DNA of 63,561 bases, the filler included. It is 6 parts of 6 records of this genome, joined end to end, with 100 filler letters (N's around TTAATTAATTAA, not from the genome) between each part and the next. Parts side by side here need not be neighbours in the genome. Positions count along the whole stretch, not along the records: positions 30,538 to 41,855 come from SRR20825019_1092; positions 41,956 to 48,153 come from SRR20825019_1094; positions 48,254 to 57,685 come from SRR20825019_1100; 3 more parts are not named here. The stretch is one strand, 5' to 3'. Shown piece after piece: positions 40,800 to 52,375 of the stretch. Each line of letters begins with the position of its first letter. Position 1 is the stretch's first letter. The position numbers were made by a program, and so were the translations under genes. Under the pieces are notes generated by a model. The model made no database searches and was not told the DNA's origin. It worked only from the letters and a program-made list of their open reading frames with translations.

Positions 40800-41642
40800 A
40801 TGCTTGAAATTCGACAGGTCACCCGACGCTTCGGTCCGAACACGGCTGTGCGCGATGTGGAACTGGAAATCGAACAGGGCCAGATGGTCGGTGTCATCGG
40901 CCGTTCCGGTGCCGGAAAATCGACGCTTCTGCGCATGATCAACCGGCTGATCGATCCTTCGGAAGGCTCGATCTTCTTCCACGGCAAGGAAGTCTCCGCG
41001 CTTCGTGGGGCGGAGCTGCGCCGCTGGCAGCGCGACTGTGCGATGATCTTTCAGCAGTTCAACCTTGTGCCGCGCCTCGACGTGCTGACCAATGTCCTGC
41101 TTGGGCGGCTCAACCACCGCTCCACCGTTCTGAACCTGATGAACATGTTCACCCGAGAAGAGCGCATCCGCGCCATCGCCGCACTGGAGCGCCTCGACAT
41201 TGCGCAGACTGCCCTGCAGCGCGCAGGCACGCTTTCCGGCGGCCAGCAACAGCGCGTCGCGATTGCCCGTGCGCTCATGCAGGAGCCGAAGGTGATCCTC
41301 GCCGACGAGCCGATCGCCTCGCTCGATCCGCTCAACGCCAAGGTGGTGATGGATTCACTCGCTGACATCAATGCTCGCGAAGGCATCACGGTCATCACCA
41401 ATCTGCACACGCTCGACACGGCACGCGCCTATTGCAATCGCATCATTGGCATGGCGAAGGGCGAAGTGGTGTTCGACGGCCCACCGGAAGCGCTGACGGG
41501 CGACGCCGTGCGCACGATCTATGGTGGTGAGGAAGGTGCGGAGCTTTCGGAAGCCATCACCTCCACCAGCATCAATGTTCCGGCTCCCCAGCCAGCGAAA
41601 AAATCGACGGGTCAGGCCCAACCGGCACTCGCCGTCGTCTGA
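40800..41642 (+). CDS. phnC: Phosphonate ABC transporter ATP-binding protein
   Basis: [53 protein letters not shown]. Confidence 0.95.
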   Translation: MLEIRQVTRRFGPNTAVRDVELEIEQGQMVGVIGRSGAGKSTLLRMINRLIDPSEGSIFFHGKEVSALRGAELRRWQRDCAMIFQQFNLVPRLDVLTNVLLGRLNHRSTVLNLMNMFTREERIRAIAALERLDIAQTALQRAGTLSGGQQQRVAIARALMQEPKVILADEPIASLDPLNAKVVMDSLADINAREGITVITNLHTLDTARAYCNRIIGMAKGEVVFDGPPEALTGDAVRTIYGGEEGAELSEAITSTSINVPAPQPAKKSTGQAQPALAVV

Positions 41643-41729
41643 CCCACGGGATCGCCTGGCCCGCGTAACGGGCCGTTCTGCCTGAAAACCCGCCGGCGGC
41701 AAGAGCCGGCATCCAAACGGAGAGACGTC

Positions 41730-41855
41730 ATGTTCAAGAAAGCTCTTATGGGCGCCGTCGCGCTCACTGCATTGATGGTAGGCGGCGCACAGGCCGAAGA
41801 CCTGAAGGAATTCCGCATCGGCATTCTCGGCGGCGAAAACGAAGCCGACCGCCTG
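41730..41855 (+). CDS. phnD: Phosphonate ABC substrate-binding protein, 5' part
   Basis: MFKKALMGAVALTALMVGGAQAEDLKEFRIGILGGENEADRL, truncated by the linker. Confidence 0.88.
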
Positions 41856-41955
41856 NNNNNNNNNNNNNNNNNNNNNNNNNNNNNNNNNNNNNNNNNNNNT
41901 TAATTAATTAANNNNNNNNNNNNNNNNNNNNNNNNNNNNNNNNNNNNNNNNNNNN
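41856..41955. other. Artificial contig linker
   Basis: N44-TTAATTAATTAA-N44. Confidence 0.99.
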
Positions 41956-42220
41956 TGGCGCGCACGATGGTGGTGTTGCGCCCGACGTTGCCACCGCCAA
42001 GGTATCCCTTTTCCAGAACCGCCACATTGGTGATGCCGTGTTGCGACGCCAGATAGTGCGCCGTGGCCAGCCCGTGACCACCGCCGCCGATGATGATGAT
42101 GTCATATTCGGGCTTTGGGTCGGGATCGCGCCAGTGCGGCGTCCAGCCGGTGTTGCCTGTCAGGCCTTCTTTCAGGACCCGCAGGCCGGAAAACCCTTTT
42201 ATCAGCCGATCAAAGCCCAT
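41956..42220 (-). CDS. soxB: Sarcosine oxidase subunit beta family, 5' part
   Basis: [20 protein letters not shown]...[22 protein letters not shown]. Confidence 0.88.
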
Positions 42221-42421
42221 CACCTGTCCTTTTCCCGCAGCACACAGCCGGTACGCTGTCGCATTGGGAAAGAAGTATCAATGGGTCAGCGCAAGACCAC
42301 CGGAATTTCCGACGCGCACCGGCCTACCAGCGACATGCGTTTCAGCGCAAAATTGCCAATGTGCTGCGCTCAGCGGCACAGCAGGCGCGGGCAAGGCATG
42401 ATCTGCCCAGCCCGCGTCCGG

Positions 42422-43852
42422 TCACAGACCCTTGGCGCGATAGCTCGACGCGACGCGGCCAATCGACACCAGATATGCGGCGGTGCGCAGATCCTTCACG
42501 TCATCGCGCGACCGCCAGACTTCAGCCATCGACTGATAGGCCGTGCGCATCGTATCCTCGAGACCCGAGCGCACCAGCTCAAGCTCGCCCGCGCCTTTCA
42601 GGTACTTGTCCTTGAAGTCGGGTGACAGAGTCCAGCCCAGCTCCTTGTCCTTGGACAGCCGCTCCAGCTCTTCCACGATCAACAGGTGGCGTGCCTCTTC
42701 CTGGCGGCGGCCCATGCGGCCGAACCGGATGTGGCTCAGGTTCTTGACCCATTCGAAATAGGACACCGTCACACCGCCCGCGTTTGCGTACATATCGGGG
42801 ATGATCACACAGCCCTTGTCGCGCAGGATCTCGTCCGCACCCGCCGTGACGGGACCGTTCGCAGCCTCGATGATCAGCGGTGCCTGAACCCGGTTGGCGT
42901 TGCTCAGATTGATCACACCCTCAAGCGCGGCGGGGATCAGGATGTCGCATTCGGCCTCAAGCACCGACGCGCCGTCCTCGACATAGGCGGCATTGGGATA
43001 CCCCTTCACGCCGCCATGATCGCGGATCCAGCGCGACACGGCCTCGACGTCGATGCCCTTGGCATCGACCAGCGCACCATCCCGTTCGATGATCCCGGTG
43101 ATCAGCGCGCCGTCTTCCTCGGACAGGAACTTGGCCGCGTGATAACCTACGTTGCCCAGACCCTGCACAACCACGCGTTTGCCGTTCAGCGATCCGGTCA
43201 GGTTCGCCTTGGCCACGTCCTGCGGATGGCGAAAGAACTCTTGCAGCGCATATTGCACGCCGCGCCCGGTCGCCTCGACACGGCCCTGAATACCGCCCGC
43301 GTTGATCGGCTTGCCGGTCACGCAGGCCTTGGAGTTGATGTCCGTGGTGTTCATCCGCGCATATTGGTCCGCGATCCATGCCATCTCGCGTTCGCCGGTG
43401 CCCATGTCGGGGGCCGGTACGTTCTGGCTGGGGTGGATCAGGTCGCGTTTGGCCAACTCATAGGCAAACCTGCGGGTGATCAGCTCAAGCTCGTGTTCCT
43501 CGTATTCGCGCGGGTCGATACACAGGCCGCCCTTGGAGCCGCCAAAGGGCGCTTCGACCAGTGCGCATTTATAGGTCATCAGCGCCGCCAGCGCCTCGAC
43601 CTCGTTCTGATTGACGCCAAGGCTGTAACGGATGCCGCCCTTGACCGGCTCCATATGCTCGGAATGGACCGATCGGTAACCGGTAAAGGTCTGGATCTTG
43701 CCGCGCAGACGCACACCGAAACGAACCGTATAGGTCGCGTTGCAGACGCGAATTTTCTCTTCAAGACCGGGCGGAAGATCCATCAGCGCCACCGCCCTGT
43801 TGAACATCAGGTCTACACTTTCGCGGAAACTCGGTTCTTGCACGTTGCTCAT
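42422..43852 (-). CDS. gdhA: Glu/Leu/Phe/Val dehydrogenase (glutamate dehydrogenase)
   Basis: KGGIRY, MTYKCA, GGSKGG, VPAPDMGT, GLGNVG, EAANGP, NAGGVTVSYFEW. Confidence 0.93.
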   Translation of the reverse strand: MSNVQEPSFRESVDLMFNRAVALMDLPPGLEEKIRVCNATYTVRFGVRLRGKIQTFTGYRSVHSEHMEPVKGGIRYSLGVNQNEVEALAALMTYKCALVEAPFGGSKGGLCIDPREYEEHELELITRRFAYELAKRDLIHPSQNVPAPDMGTGEREMAWIADQYARMNTTDINSKACVTGKPINAGGIQGRVEATGRGVQYALQEFFRHPQDVAKANLTGSLNGKRVVVQGLGNVGYHAAKFLSEEDGALITGIIERDGALVDAKGIDVEAVSRWIRDHGGVKGYPNAAYVEDGASVLEAECDILIPAALEGVINLSNANRVQAPLIIEAANGPVTAGADEILRDKGCVIIPDMYANAGGVTVSYFEWVKNLSHIRFGRMGRRQEEARHLLIVEELERLSKDKELGWTLSPDFKDKYLKGAGELELVRSGLEDTMRTAYQSMAEVWRSRDDVKDLRTAAYLVSIGRVASSYRAKGL

Positions 43853-44178
43853 GGTACTTCCTTTGATCGCGACTCGATTTTTTCGAGACAACTGACAGCA
43901 GCCTATGACGAAGCGGTAAACACTTGCGACTTTATTGGGCAGTTTTTGCAGAATTTATTTCGGGGCAAGCGGTTTTTTGCAGGCGGAAACAATCTTCGCG
44001 CCAGATCCGAAACTGTCGCCCCCAGCGCCATAACGGCGCCTTAATTGACGCAAAAACACCATAAAACCACAGTGATAGCCCCGTTCCGCCCGATTCTGAC
44101 CATAATCAACAGTCATTAAAGACGCTGGCGAACTGGCCTCGTTGGTCCGTTGGCACGTAACAATATTGGACCTGCATC

Positions 44179-45612
44179 ATGACACGCATTTTACGTGACA
44201 CGACATTCAGATCAGCAACTGCATCAACCAGCAGTGCGCGCGCAAAACTGCGCCGCTTCGTCAAGGACGATGACGGGTCGATGACGATCTTTGCCTGCTT
44301 CCTGATCATGATGATGTTGCTGGTGGGTGGTATCGGCGTTGACCTGATGCGCAGCGAGATGGAACGCACGCGGCTGCAAAACACAGTGGACCGCGCGGTT
44401 CTGGCCGCCGCAGATCTGGATCAGGAGATGGACCCTGAAGCGGTCGTGACCGACTATTTCGAAAAGTCCGGCCTAGGCAGCTACCTGCAAAGCGTCACCG
44501 TCGACGAAGGGTTGAACTTTCGCACGGTCACCGCCAAAGCCGCCACCAAATCCCCGACCCGCTTCATGAAGTTCATGGGCGTGCCTGAACTGAACGTACC
44601 CGCTGTGGGCACCGCAAGCGAACGCATAGCCAACGTGGAAATCTCGCTGGTTCTGGATATTTCCGGCTCGATGTCCTCCAACAGCAAGATCGAAAACCTG
44701 CGCAACGCGGCCAAAGTGTTTGTCGATACGGTGATCCGCCCCGAAACCGAAGATCTGGTCTCGCTCTCACTGGTGCCATATTCCGAGCATGTGAACGTGG
44801 GCAAACCCATCTTTGACGAGTTGAAAACCGTTCACCGTCACGAATTCTCCTATTGCCTCGAAATCCCGAACACGGAATTCAACAATGCCAAATTCGATCT
44901 GAGCAAACGCTACGACCAGATGCAGCACTTTCAGTGGAACTATGACGGGTACAACAACGACCGCTCCGACACTGTCTGCCCGCGGTATGACTATGAAACC
45001 ATCGCACCGCTCAGCCAGAATGCCACCGCGTTGAAATCCCAGATTGGCAAACTTCAGCCCCGCGCCGGGACCTCGATCTTTCTGGGGATGAAATGGGCCA
45101 CCGCTCTTTTGGACCCGTCCTTCCGTCCCGTGATCAACAACCTGATCAACACGAATGAAATCGACCAGGAGTTTCTGGGGCGCCCTGTGGCCTATGACGA
45201 CATCGAAACGTTGAAAACCATCATCCTGATGACCGACGGCAAGAACGACCGCTCGAACCGGATCGCGGACTGGGCCTACGATTCAGCCAGCGACTATGTT
45301 CACTGGAGCAACTACAACTTCAACTGGTATCTCAGCCGCTACGTCAACAGCCGTGACCGCAAATACTACTATGAAGCCGACTATTATACCGCCAGCACAG
45401 GCGACTATCTGCTGGGCAATATCTGCGATGCCGCCAAGGACAAAGGCATCGTGATCTGGGCCATCGGGTTCGAAGTTGACGACCACGGCGCCGACGAAAT
45501 GCGCAAGTGCGCCTCGACCCCCAGCCACTTCTTCCGCGTCGAAGGCGTCCAGATCACCGAGGCGTTCAAATCAATCGCACGCACGATCAACCAGTTGAGG
45601 CTGACACAATGA
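44179..45612 (+). CDS. TadG-like Flp pilus protein with vWA domain
   Basis: RRFVKDDDG|S prepilin-like site and TM; LVLDISGSM MIDAS; LMTDG; AIGF. Confidence 0.88.
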   Translation: MTRILRDTTFRSATASTSSARAKLRRFVKDDDGSMTIFACFLIMMMLLVGGIGVDLMRSEMERTRLQNTVDRAVLAAADLDQEMDPEAVVTDYFEKSGLGSYLQSVTVDEGLNFRTVTAKAATKSPTRFMKFMGVPELNVPAVGTASERIANVEISLVLDISGSMSSNSKIENLRNAAKVFVDTVIRPETEDLVSLSLVPYSEHVNVGKPIFDELKTVHRHEFSYCLEIPNTEFNNAKFDLSKRYDQMQHFQWNYDGYNNDRSDTVCPRYDYETIAPLSQNATALKSQIGKLQPRAGTSIFLGMKWATALLDPSFRPVINNLINTNEIDQEFLGRPVAYDDIETLKTIILMTDGKNDRSNRIADWAYDSASDYVHWSNYNFNWYLSRYVNSRDRKYYYEADYYTASTGDYLLGNICDAAKDKGIVIWAIGFEVDDHGADEMRKCASTPSHFFRVEGVQITEAFKSIARTINQLRLTQ

Positions 45613-46145
45613 TCCGCTTTGTGATGAAAGGGCTGCGCAAGTTCCGCAAGGACGAACGCGGGTTCATGCTGATCGAATTCGCCCTGGCGATCCCGCTGAT
45701 CTTTACCCTGTTCCTGACCTCGGTCGAACTGGGGATCTACACCATGCGCCAGATGTTTCTGGACCGGGGGATGGACATGACCATTCGCGCAGTGCGTTTG
45801 CACACGGCCAAGAAATACACGCACACCGAGCTCAAGGATATGATCTGCACCTACTCCGGCTTCCTGCCCGACTGCGACACTCAGCTTCGGCTGGAAATGA
45901 AGGAAGTGACGATGCGCGGTTTCAACGGTTTTGGCGCCCCCGCCGACTGTGTCGACACATCGCAACCCGTGACTCCGCTGCGGACGTTCTCGAACGGCGG
46001 CGACCATTCGGTGATGCTGCTGCGGGCTTGCTATATGTTCGATCCGGTGTTTCGCCTGACCGGCATGGGTGAAGGCTTTACCAAAGATGGCGCAGGTCAT
46101 GCCAAAATGGTCAGCGTTGCGGCCTTTGTTCAGGAGCCACGTTGA
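45609..46145 (+). CDS. TadE-family pseudopilin
   Basis: KDERG|FMLIEFAL prepilin motif; C-terminal FVQEP; ATGA overlap. Confidence 0.88.
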   Translation: MIRFVMKGLRKFRKDERGFMLIEFALAIPLIFTLFLTSVELGIYTMRQMFLDRGMDMTIRAVRLHTAKKYTHTELKDMICTYSGFLPDCDTQLRLEMKEVTMRGFNGFGAPADCVDTSQPVTPLRTFSNGGDHSVMLLRACYMFDPVFRLTGMGEGFTKDGAGHAKMVSVAAFVQEPR

Positions 46146-46708
46146 TGTCCCTCACATCCCCCCTGCACTGGTTGCGCCGCTTTGCGCGCGATGAAGACGG
46201 CAACATCGCAATCGAGACGATCATCATCATCCCGATCCTGTTCTGGACCTACCTGAGCATGTTCGCGATCTTTGACGCCTACCGCCAATATGCGCTGAAC
46301 GAAAAGGCCGCCTATACGATCGGCGACATGATCTCGCGGCAGACCACACCGCTGGACGATTCCTATATTGATGGCACGCGGGCGGTGCTGAAGTATCTGA
46401 CCCGCAGCCGGAACGGACAGGACCCGTCCATTCGGGTGACCTCGATCAAATACGATGCCAACAATGACGTCTACAAACGCGATTGGTCACATACCCGTGG
46501 TGCTGGCCTCACGGCGCTGAGCAATAACGATGTCCAAAACTGGCACGACCGCCTGCCGATCATGCTGCACAACGAACGTATCGTCGTGGTGGAAACCTTT
46601 GTGGAATACGATCCGCCCTTCAACACCGGGCTGAACGACACCACGATCACAAACTTTATCTTCACCCGCCCGCGTTACTCGCCGCAGGTTCTTTGGGAAG
46701 GCAGCTAG
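46145..46708 (+). CDS. TadE/TadF-family pseudopilin
   Basis: RDEDG|NIAIETII, KAAYTIGDMISR, FTRPRY. Confidence 0.86.
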   Translation: MSLTSPLHWLRRFARDEDGNIAIETIIIIPILFWTYLSMFAIFDAYRQYALNEKAAYTIGDMISRQTTPLDDSYIDGTRAVLKYLTRSRNGQDPSIRVTSIKYDANNDVYKRDWSHTRGAGLTALSNNDVQNWHDRLPIMLHNERIVVVETFVEYDPPFNTGLNDTTITNFIFTRPRYSPQVLWEGS

Positions 46709-47202
46709 TCCTTCAAATCCATGTCGCGCTGGGCGACCTTGATCGCGATGATCTCGGACACTGATTTCGACTGCGCCCCCGGCGTCATGCCCCCGACGCC
46801 GATCCGGCGGCCAATGCGCCACCACAGCCCCGGTTGCCATGTGCGCGATCCGGGGCTTTTGGTTGTCAGCAAAAAGCCATTCGACGGTTTGAATGCGAAA
46901 AAGCCGCGGTCGACGCTTTCAATCTCGTCCATCGTTGCCAGAACCGTACCGGCGGTATCACGCAATTCGGTCTCGGTCAGCACGACGGTGTGACGGGTCG
47001 CCTGCCACATGCGCACCGCCAGCCACAGCGACGCGGCGCCGATCAACAGCAAGAACAGTTGCCAAGCCAAGGCGGGCGGCTGGAAAATTGCCAGATAGAT
47101 CAGCAGCAACCCCAACAGCGCCACCGAAATCACGCCGACGATGCGCCGCCCGAACGAGGCGGATACGGCGGCCAGAACGTCGTCCGGGTCAATGTCTTGC
47201 AT
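46705..47202 (-). CDS. Conserved Rhodobacteraceae membrane protein
   Basis: Two TM helices, RGFFAFKPSNGF, PGLWWRIGRRIGVGG. Confidence 0.75.
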   Translation of the reverse strand: MQDIDPDDVLAAVSASFGRRIVGVISVALLGLLLIYLAIFQPPALAWQLFLLLIGAASLWLAVRMWQATRHTVVLTETELRDTAGTVLATMDEIESVDRGFFAFKPSNGFLLTTKSPGSRTWQPGLWWRIGRRIGVGGMTPGAQSKSVSEIIAIKVAQRDMDLKD

Positions 47203-47259
47203 GTAGGGCCCCCCAAGGTTTTATCCCTTTTGCATAGGTGGGCCACACGGGGCAAGCCG

Positions 47260-48153
47260 TCAGTGGCGCCGCACCACCTCATAGCCGCGGTCCTCCGGCT
47301 CATCATCGACCAGTTCCTGTGGGAAACCATCTGCCAGAACGGACAGCCCCGTCGCCCCTTCCAGACGCTCGATCATGCGGTCAGACTGTGCCCGCGTCCC
47401 ATAACGGGCCTGCCCGTCGGTCATCATGCGGATCATCAGCGGCGAGATTTCCAGCGGCACCCCCGCATCGTCCGCCAGCTTTTGAAACAGGCCGATGTCC
47501 TTTTGCACCAGATCCATCGTGAAATTCACGTCACGCGATCCCGACAGGATCAGCTGGCTTTCGGTCTCGTGCACAAAGCTGTTGCCCGAGGACATGGCAA
47601 TCGCCTCGTAGGTCAGCGCCAGATCCACACCCGAAGCTTTCATGACCGTCAGCGCCTCGCACAGCGTCAGCAGGTTCGCGGTGGCCAGATAGTTGGTCAT
47701 CACCTTCAGCGTCGAGGCCGTGCCAATCTCGCCCACATGCAGGATGCGCCGCCCCATATGGGTCAGGACCGGCAGCACCCGATCAAACGTGGCGCGGTCA
47801 CAACCCGCGTAAATCGAGATGTTGCCCGTGTCCGCCCGATGACAGCCACCTGACACCGGGCAATCCACCGCGCGGCCCCCTGCCGCCGCCACCAGATCGG
47901 CCAGACGCCGGATCTCGGTCGCATCGGTCGTGGACATCTCGATCCAGATCTTGCCCGCGCGCACCTCGGGCAGCATCTGTTCCACCACCGCCGCCGAAGC
48001 GGCAGGTGACGGCAGACAGGTGATAACGACATCACAATCGCGCATCATCTGCGCAGGCCCCTGCCCCGCAACCGCGCCATCGGCAACCTTTTGCGCCACC
48101 AGCGCGGCGTCCAGATCATGTGCAACCACATCCAGACCGTTGCGCACCAAACT
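47260..48153 (-). CDS. NAD(P)-dependent oxidoreductase (3-hydroxyisobutyrate dehydrogenase family), 5'-truncated
   Basis: ITCLPSP, EMSTT, DCPVSGG, LKVMTNYL, KDIGL. Confidence 0.9.
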   Translation of the reverse strand, partial: SLVRNGLDVVAHDLDAALVAQKVADGAVAGQGPAQMMRDCDVVITCLPSPAASAAVVEQMLPEVRAGKIWIEMSTTDATEIRRLADLVAAAGGRAVDCPVSGGCHRADTGNISIYAGCDRATFDRVLPVLTHMGRRILHVGEIGTASTLKVMTNYLATANLLTLCEALTVMKASGVDLALTYEAIAMSSGNSFVHETESQLILSGSRDVNFTMDLVQKDIGLFQKLADDAGVPLEISPLMIRMMTDGQARYGTRAQSDRMIERLEGATGLSVLADGFPQELVDDEPEDRGYEVVRRH

Positions 48154-48253
48154 NNNNNNNNNNNNNNNNNNNNNNNNNNNNNNNNNNNNNNNNNNNNTTA
48201 ATTAATTAANNNNNNNNNNNNNNNNNNNNNNNNNNNNNNNNNNNNNNNNNNNN
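48154..48253. other. Artificial contig linker
   Basis: N44-TTAATTAATTAA-N44. Confidence 0.99.
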
Positions 48254-48367
48254 GGGGGGGGGGGGGGGGGGGGGGGGGCTTCCTTCCATAGGCCAAGGGC
48301 GCGGTGCGGTGTCCGGTGTCGATGGATGACGATGTAATGATGGCAGTTGTGCTAATTCTTGTGACAG

Positions 48368-48505
48368 GATGAGAAGGAGGAGAATGACGCCGAAGATGAT
48401 GAAAATAATGAAGGTGAAGAACCCCCAGAGGAACCGGAGGAAGAGCCCATGCCGGAGCCCGTGTGGACACCGGCTCCATCCAAACGCAATCGACGCCGCC
48501 GTTGA
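48368..48505 (+). CDS. Probable terminal exon of a eukaryotic gene (acidic tract, basic C-terminus)
   Basis: Branch CTAAT plus acceptor GACAG, then DEKEENDAEDDENNEGEEPPEEPEEEPMPEPVWTPAPSKRNRRRR*. Confidence 0.55.
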   Translation, partial: DEKEENDAEDDENNEGEEPPEEPEEEPMPEPVWTPAPSKRNRRRR

Positions 48506-48772
48506 CCCCGCTCCTGATCTTCACAGGCTGATGGGGTGGGACGGGAAAGGTATGAAAATTCAAGGGGAGAACCGCGAGGGAAGGGGAGAAATCCGATGCG
48601 TAAACGTACCGGAATATCAAAATCCAAAAAAATAATTACAGGGTAGGGCAAGTCGCAGGAAAGGCGGCCCAACATGGCGTGCACTGAAGTAATATCCAAG
48701 TGCATGCACTATCAACGCCACTAGCAGTATTAGGCTGTGGGTTTAGTATCTATAGGAATCAGTAAACGCGAA

Positions 48773-51700
48773 TCAAACGCATTTTTCACGGTGGGCTCTC
48801 TTCAGCGGGGTGCGACGAGTTGCGAGCGAGTCTCTCCAACGCCGGGGTGTAAATACTGGGAGGGGGGAGGGGGGTGGGGCCTCCCTCTCGCGTGGCTGGG
48901 GGCCCTCCGCAACCACCAGGGGTGCCGCCCCTCCCCCAATGGCAGCAAGGCTCTCTGTGCTGCTCATCCACATCTCAGAAGGAGCAGCGTTGCGCGGAGA
49001 CGGCCCCGGGCTCAACACGTGCTTCGTGGACGTCATCGGAGCTACAATTGGAGGAGGAATGCTCATTACGACACCGGTGCCCGTCCCATTTCCGGCGTGA
49101 ATGCCCATGGCCATATGCTGGGACAGCCACTCAAAGTATTCATCAGGATCCACACCCATCTCCTGCAGATACGGGCATCAGCAGGAGCACGCGACCGTTC
49201 ACCATGGTACGCTCACCTTGGCCTTGCTGAATAGCTCTGCAGCACTGAGGTTGCAAATGGAGTCAGGGTTTGCCGTCATTAGAGACTGCTTGACCGCCAG
49301 CGCCGCCGCAAAGAAGTATCGTTCCTCCAGGGTCGCAACGATCTTGGTACGGCGCTCCTCGCGGGATCGTGCGGACTATTGCGAAATATCAGTACGCAAC
49401 CCTTGCCGTCACTGTGGAACTCACATGAACAATCGTTTGCAGGCGCGTCACCACCTGAGAGAGCAGGGAAGTGTCGCGTTGGTTTTTGACATTGTCACAA
49501 ACTGCATTTGCAGACTCGTTAGCAGCGCCTGGGACTGCGGTCTCGAGCTCGGAACAAAGGTGGAGGAGGGAATGAACCCGCTCAACCTCCATGCCAAGTG
49601 CGGGTGACACGGAGCGACGCATTGTTCTGGTGTCAACATTTGGAGTCACGGGTGACTTTGGAGTGGGAGAAACCGCTGTATCTGAGATGGGGGAGAGAAA
49701 AGGCCCGCCCTCCGCAGACTGAGGGGGCACGTGGGCTTCGACTCCACTGCCGCCATCCATCATTTTGGAGTCAACCTCTGGCTCCCGGGTTTGCTGTGTC
49801 AGCCCAACATAAGTTCATCGAACGTAACCACCAGGATGCACCGTGACTGACCTCGCACAGTTGGCCAAGCGCCGCGGTGAGACTGTCGTGGGTTGTCTTC
49901 AGCTCGCAGCGCAGAGCTTTCTCGGTCTTCTCAAGGCCAGCAATACGCTGCATTGCGTCCTTCCCCTCCCGCCTTAGGCCTTCACATTCTTTGGAAAGCC
50001 GCGCTCCTCGCTCTTCAGACTGCTTCAATTCTCCGTGTAGCATGGAGACCTTGGTCCACACAAACACAAAGTTACGGTTGACCTGACGCAAGGCGTAATC
50101 TGCCTACCTCTGCCAGTGTCTTGTTGAGCGATGCTGTCACATCCTCCAATCGCCGGGACAACGCGGCCCGTTCCAGCATAAACGCGCTTCGCTCATCCTT
50201 GAGCTTCCTGTCGCACTCCGCGTGAAGATTTGACTCATCTTCATCCATTGTCGTCCCCACAGTGATCACATCAACCTGATCAGACTCGATGATGGAATGG
50301 AGATGATCAACCTCAGCCTGCAACGCTGCATTTGCCTCTACAAGTGCAGCATTCTCCTCGGCAACCTCGCGGTGTGCCCTGTTCCATTTCGTGATCACCT
50401 GTGAGAAACAAACCTCAGCTCCTGTAGTCAGGACACCATTAATGAATATACCTTAGGGGTGATAGCAGATATTCCAGAACCATATGTGGTGGATCGCATG
50501 GACCTTGTGTGCGTGCGGACCTGGTGGGTGTCAATATCCGCCGGAAAACTGACTCCAAAAACACTCACCCGCACTGGAGTCCTCCCCCGCCTGCTCTTCT
50601 TCGCGGGCGTTTGTACAAAGACCTCTTCCCCGTCAGCATCAAGCTTGCCGGTGGGACTGACATGATGACCGACAATCATCAATCCACCATTGTGGAAGCC
50701 CCTGACCATGCCGTTTCGGCACACCTCAACTGGGGCCACCTCATCATCACTTATGTCCTCAGTGAGTGCGGAGGCGATTGACGCGGGGGTCGACACCGGT
50801 GCGACTAGTTGACCATCCTCCTTTGTCGCGGACTCCGAGGCTGAGTCTTCAGCGGGGAGCTCAAACTTCACAATAGCTTCGCGGAGTGACTCCATATCAC
50901 AATCAGGAGAGAGGTTCTGCTCTGGTTGAGGTGAGTGCACGGGGCTGCTCTCGGCACCGATATTCGAGTCATCGGGGAAGAAACCATCTCCGGCAAGGAG
51001 GGGCTGCGGCCTCGCCTGAATGTTGCTGAACATTGGCGGAGGAGGCGAAGGAAGAGGGCCCATCTGGTCAGGATTAATCAGTTGGCCCCATTTTCTCTCC
51101 TGTCGTCCCGACTTACCTTCTTCTTGGAGAGAAGGACGGCGGATGGCGCGGCGAGCCGTGGTGTTCGGTGGGTCTTGGTTGTCTTTGTTGCGGATATCTC
51201 GTGGAGCTCCTGTTCCATGGCCTAAAGTAACGAATCAGAACTAACACGCAAAGAATCCTTTGGAGCACGCTCAAAATACCTTGACCTTCTCGGCCGGCCA
51301 GCCCCTGTTGCCCGCGGCGTCGTTCCCCGGGGCGGCGAGGGCATTGGTGATGTTAGGATTCTCAGAGAGAATTCGAAGCATGCTGGACTGTTGTGACTGC
51401 AAAGCGCTTCGGCCCGAGTGCAGAATGTTGGTGGCAAGCACGGCCTGGTGGCAAGATCAGTGATGAGCCCCAACTACAGCCGCCCTGTTGCGGGATGGGC
51501 AGCCGGAGCCTGCATACCGCCTTCATAGCACCCTCCTCCATCTTGTTCGAGATGTTCATGGCACTGGTTTTCACACGCTGCGGGAAGTTTTCGTCGATCT
51601 CACATTCGACCCGCGCTAATTCGCCTAGGCGGCTTTCAGTGTGGACTGGGAGTGACACTCCGTGCTGTGCGGATGGCTTCGAGTCAGAACCATCACCATA

Positions 51701-52135
51701 AGCGACAATGGAAAGAAATCACAGAACGGCGGTTGGAGGTGAAGTGACACTTGGCATGTTACAAGGAATTAACGTACCGGCCCAGCCATTACGACAGGTC
51801 CAACGCCGAGCGGGGCACAGGCAGCCTCTCGTTCAGAACTAGAGGTGGGGCAGTCATTGTCCTGCAAATACCCTTGTCAACGCCGGCACAAACGTGGTTC
51901 GACATCCATGTCCACCTACTTCAGTATAGGAAGGGTTGCCCTTACGACTTGGAGAGACCGCGGAGGCATCAGTTTTCAGGAGGCGCGTGCCGATCTTCTC
52001 CCTCTGCTCCAGTCGCTTCAGCACTCGATTATGGTGGGTCAGCATGCCTCCTTTCTGTTTGATTTCCCAAGTGTCAGTGGGGTAAATACACATATTGCTA
52101 CCGTCGAATGCAGCGTCACCGGGCTGCCACGCCAT
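48773..52135 (-). CDS. Multi-exon eukaryotic coiled-coil protein (about 11 introns; 5' end uncertain)
   Basis: Phase-0 GT-AG introns that keep frame: 49163-49216, 49376-49424, 49794-49851, 50050-50107, 50399-50451, 50521-50568, 51064-51116, 51222-51279, 51445-51517, 51665-51777, 51862-51919. Heptad-rich middle; compact C-terminal domain LEERYFFAAALAVK...EYFEWL. Confidence 0.7.
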
Positions 52136-52249
52136 CGCCTTCTGTAGGCTGGGCTGGTGCTAAAGACGGGCCATCTGCTGCACTCTATTGAATCAGTCAC
52201 GGGCCGGTCGCACAGAGTGAGGTCACGGGTGGGTGCGGAGACTGAAGAG

Positions 52250-52375
52250 GCGGCCGCGGCCTGGCCGCGGGCCCCGGGAACGCCACGCCCGGCGTGGCAC
52301 GCAGCCGGCGCCCGCCGGCCCCGCCGGTCAGTGACCGGCCGCCGGACCCCCGGCGCGCCGGGCCGGAGCCGCAAC
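52250..52375. other. Extreme-GC non-coding island between divergent eukaryotic genes
   Basis: GCGGCCGCGGCCTGGCCGCGGGCCCCGGG...CCCCCGGCGCGCCGGGCCGG; same character as 22148-22290. Confidence 0.7.

Noticed and set aside
48254-48278. Poly-G tracts at eukaryotic contig ends (also about 30428-30437)
   Set aside because: Located at contig termini; likely sequencing or assembly artefact or a simple homopolymer break, not telomere or G-quadruplex evidence.
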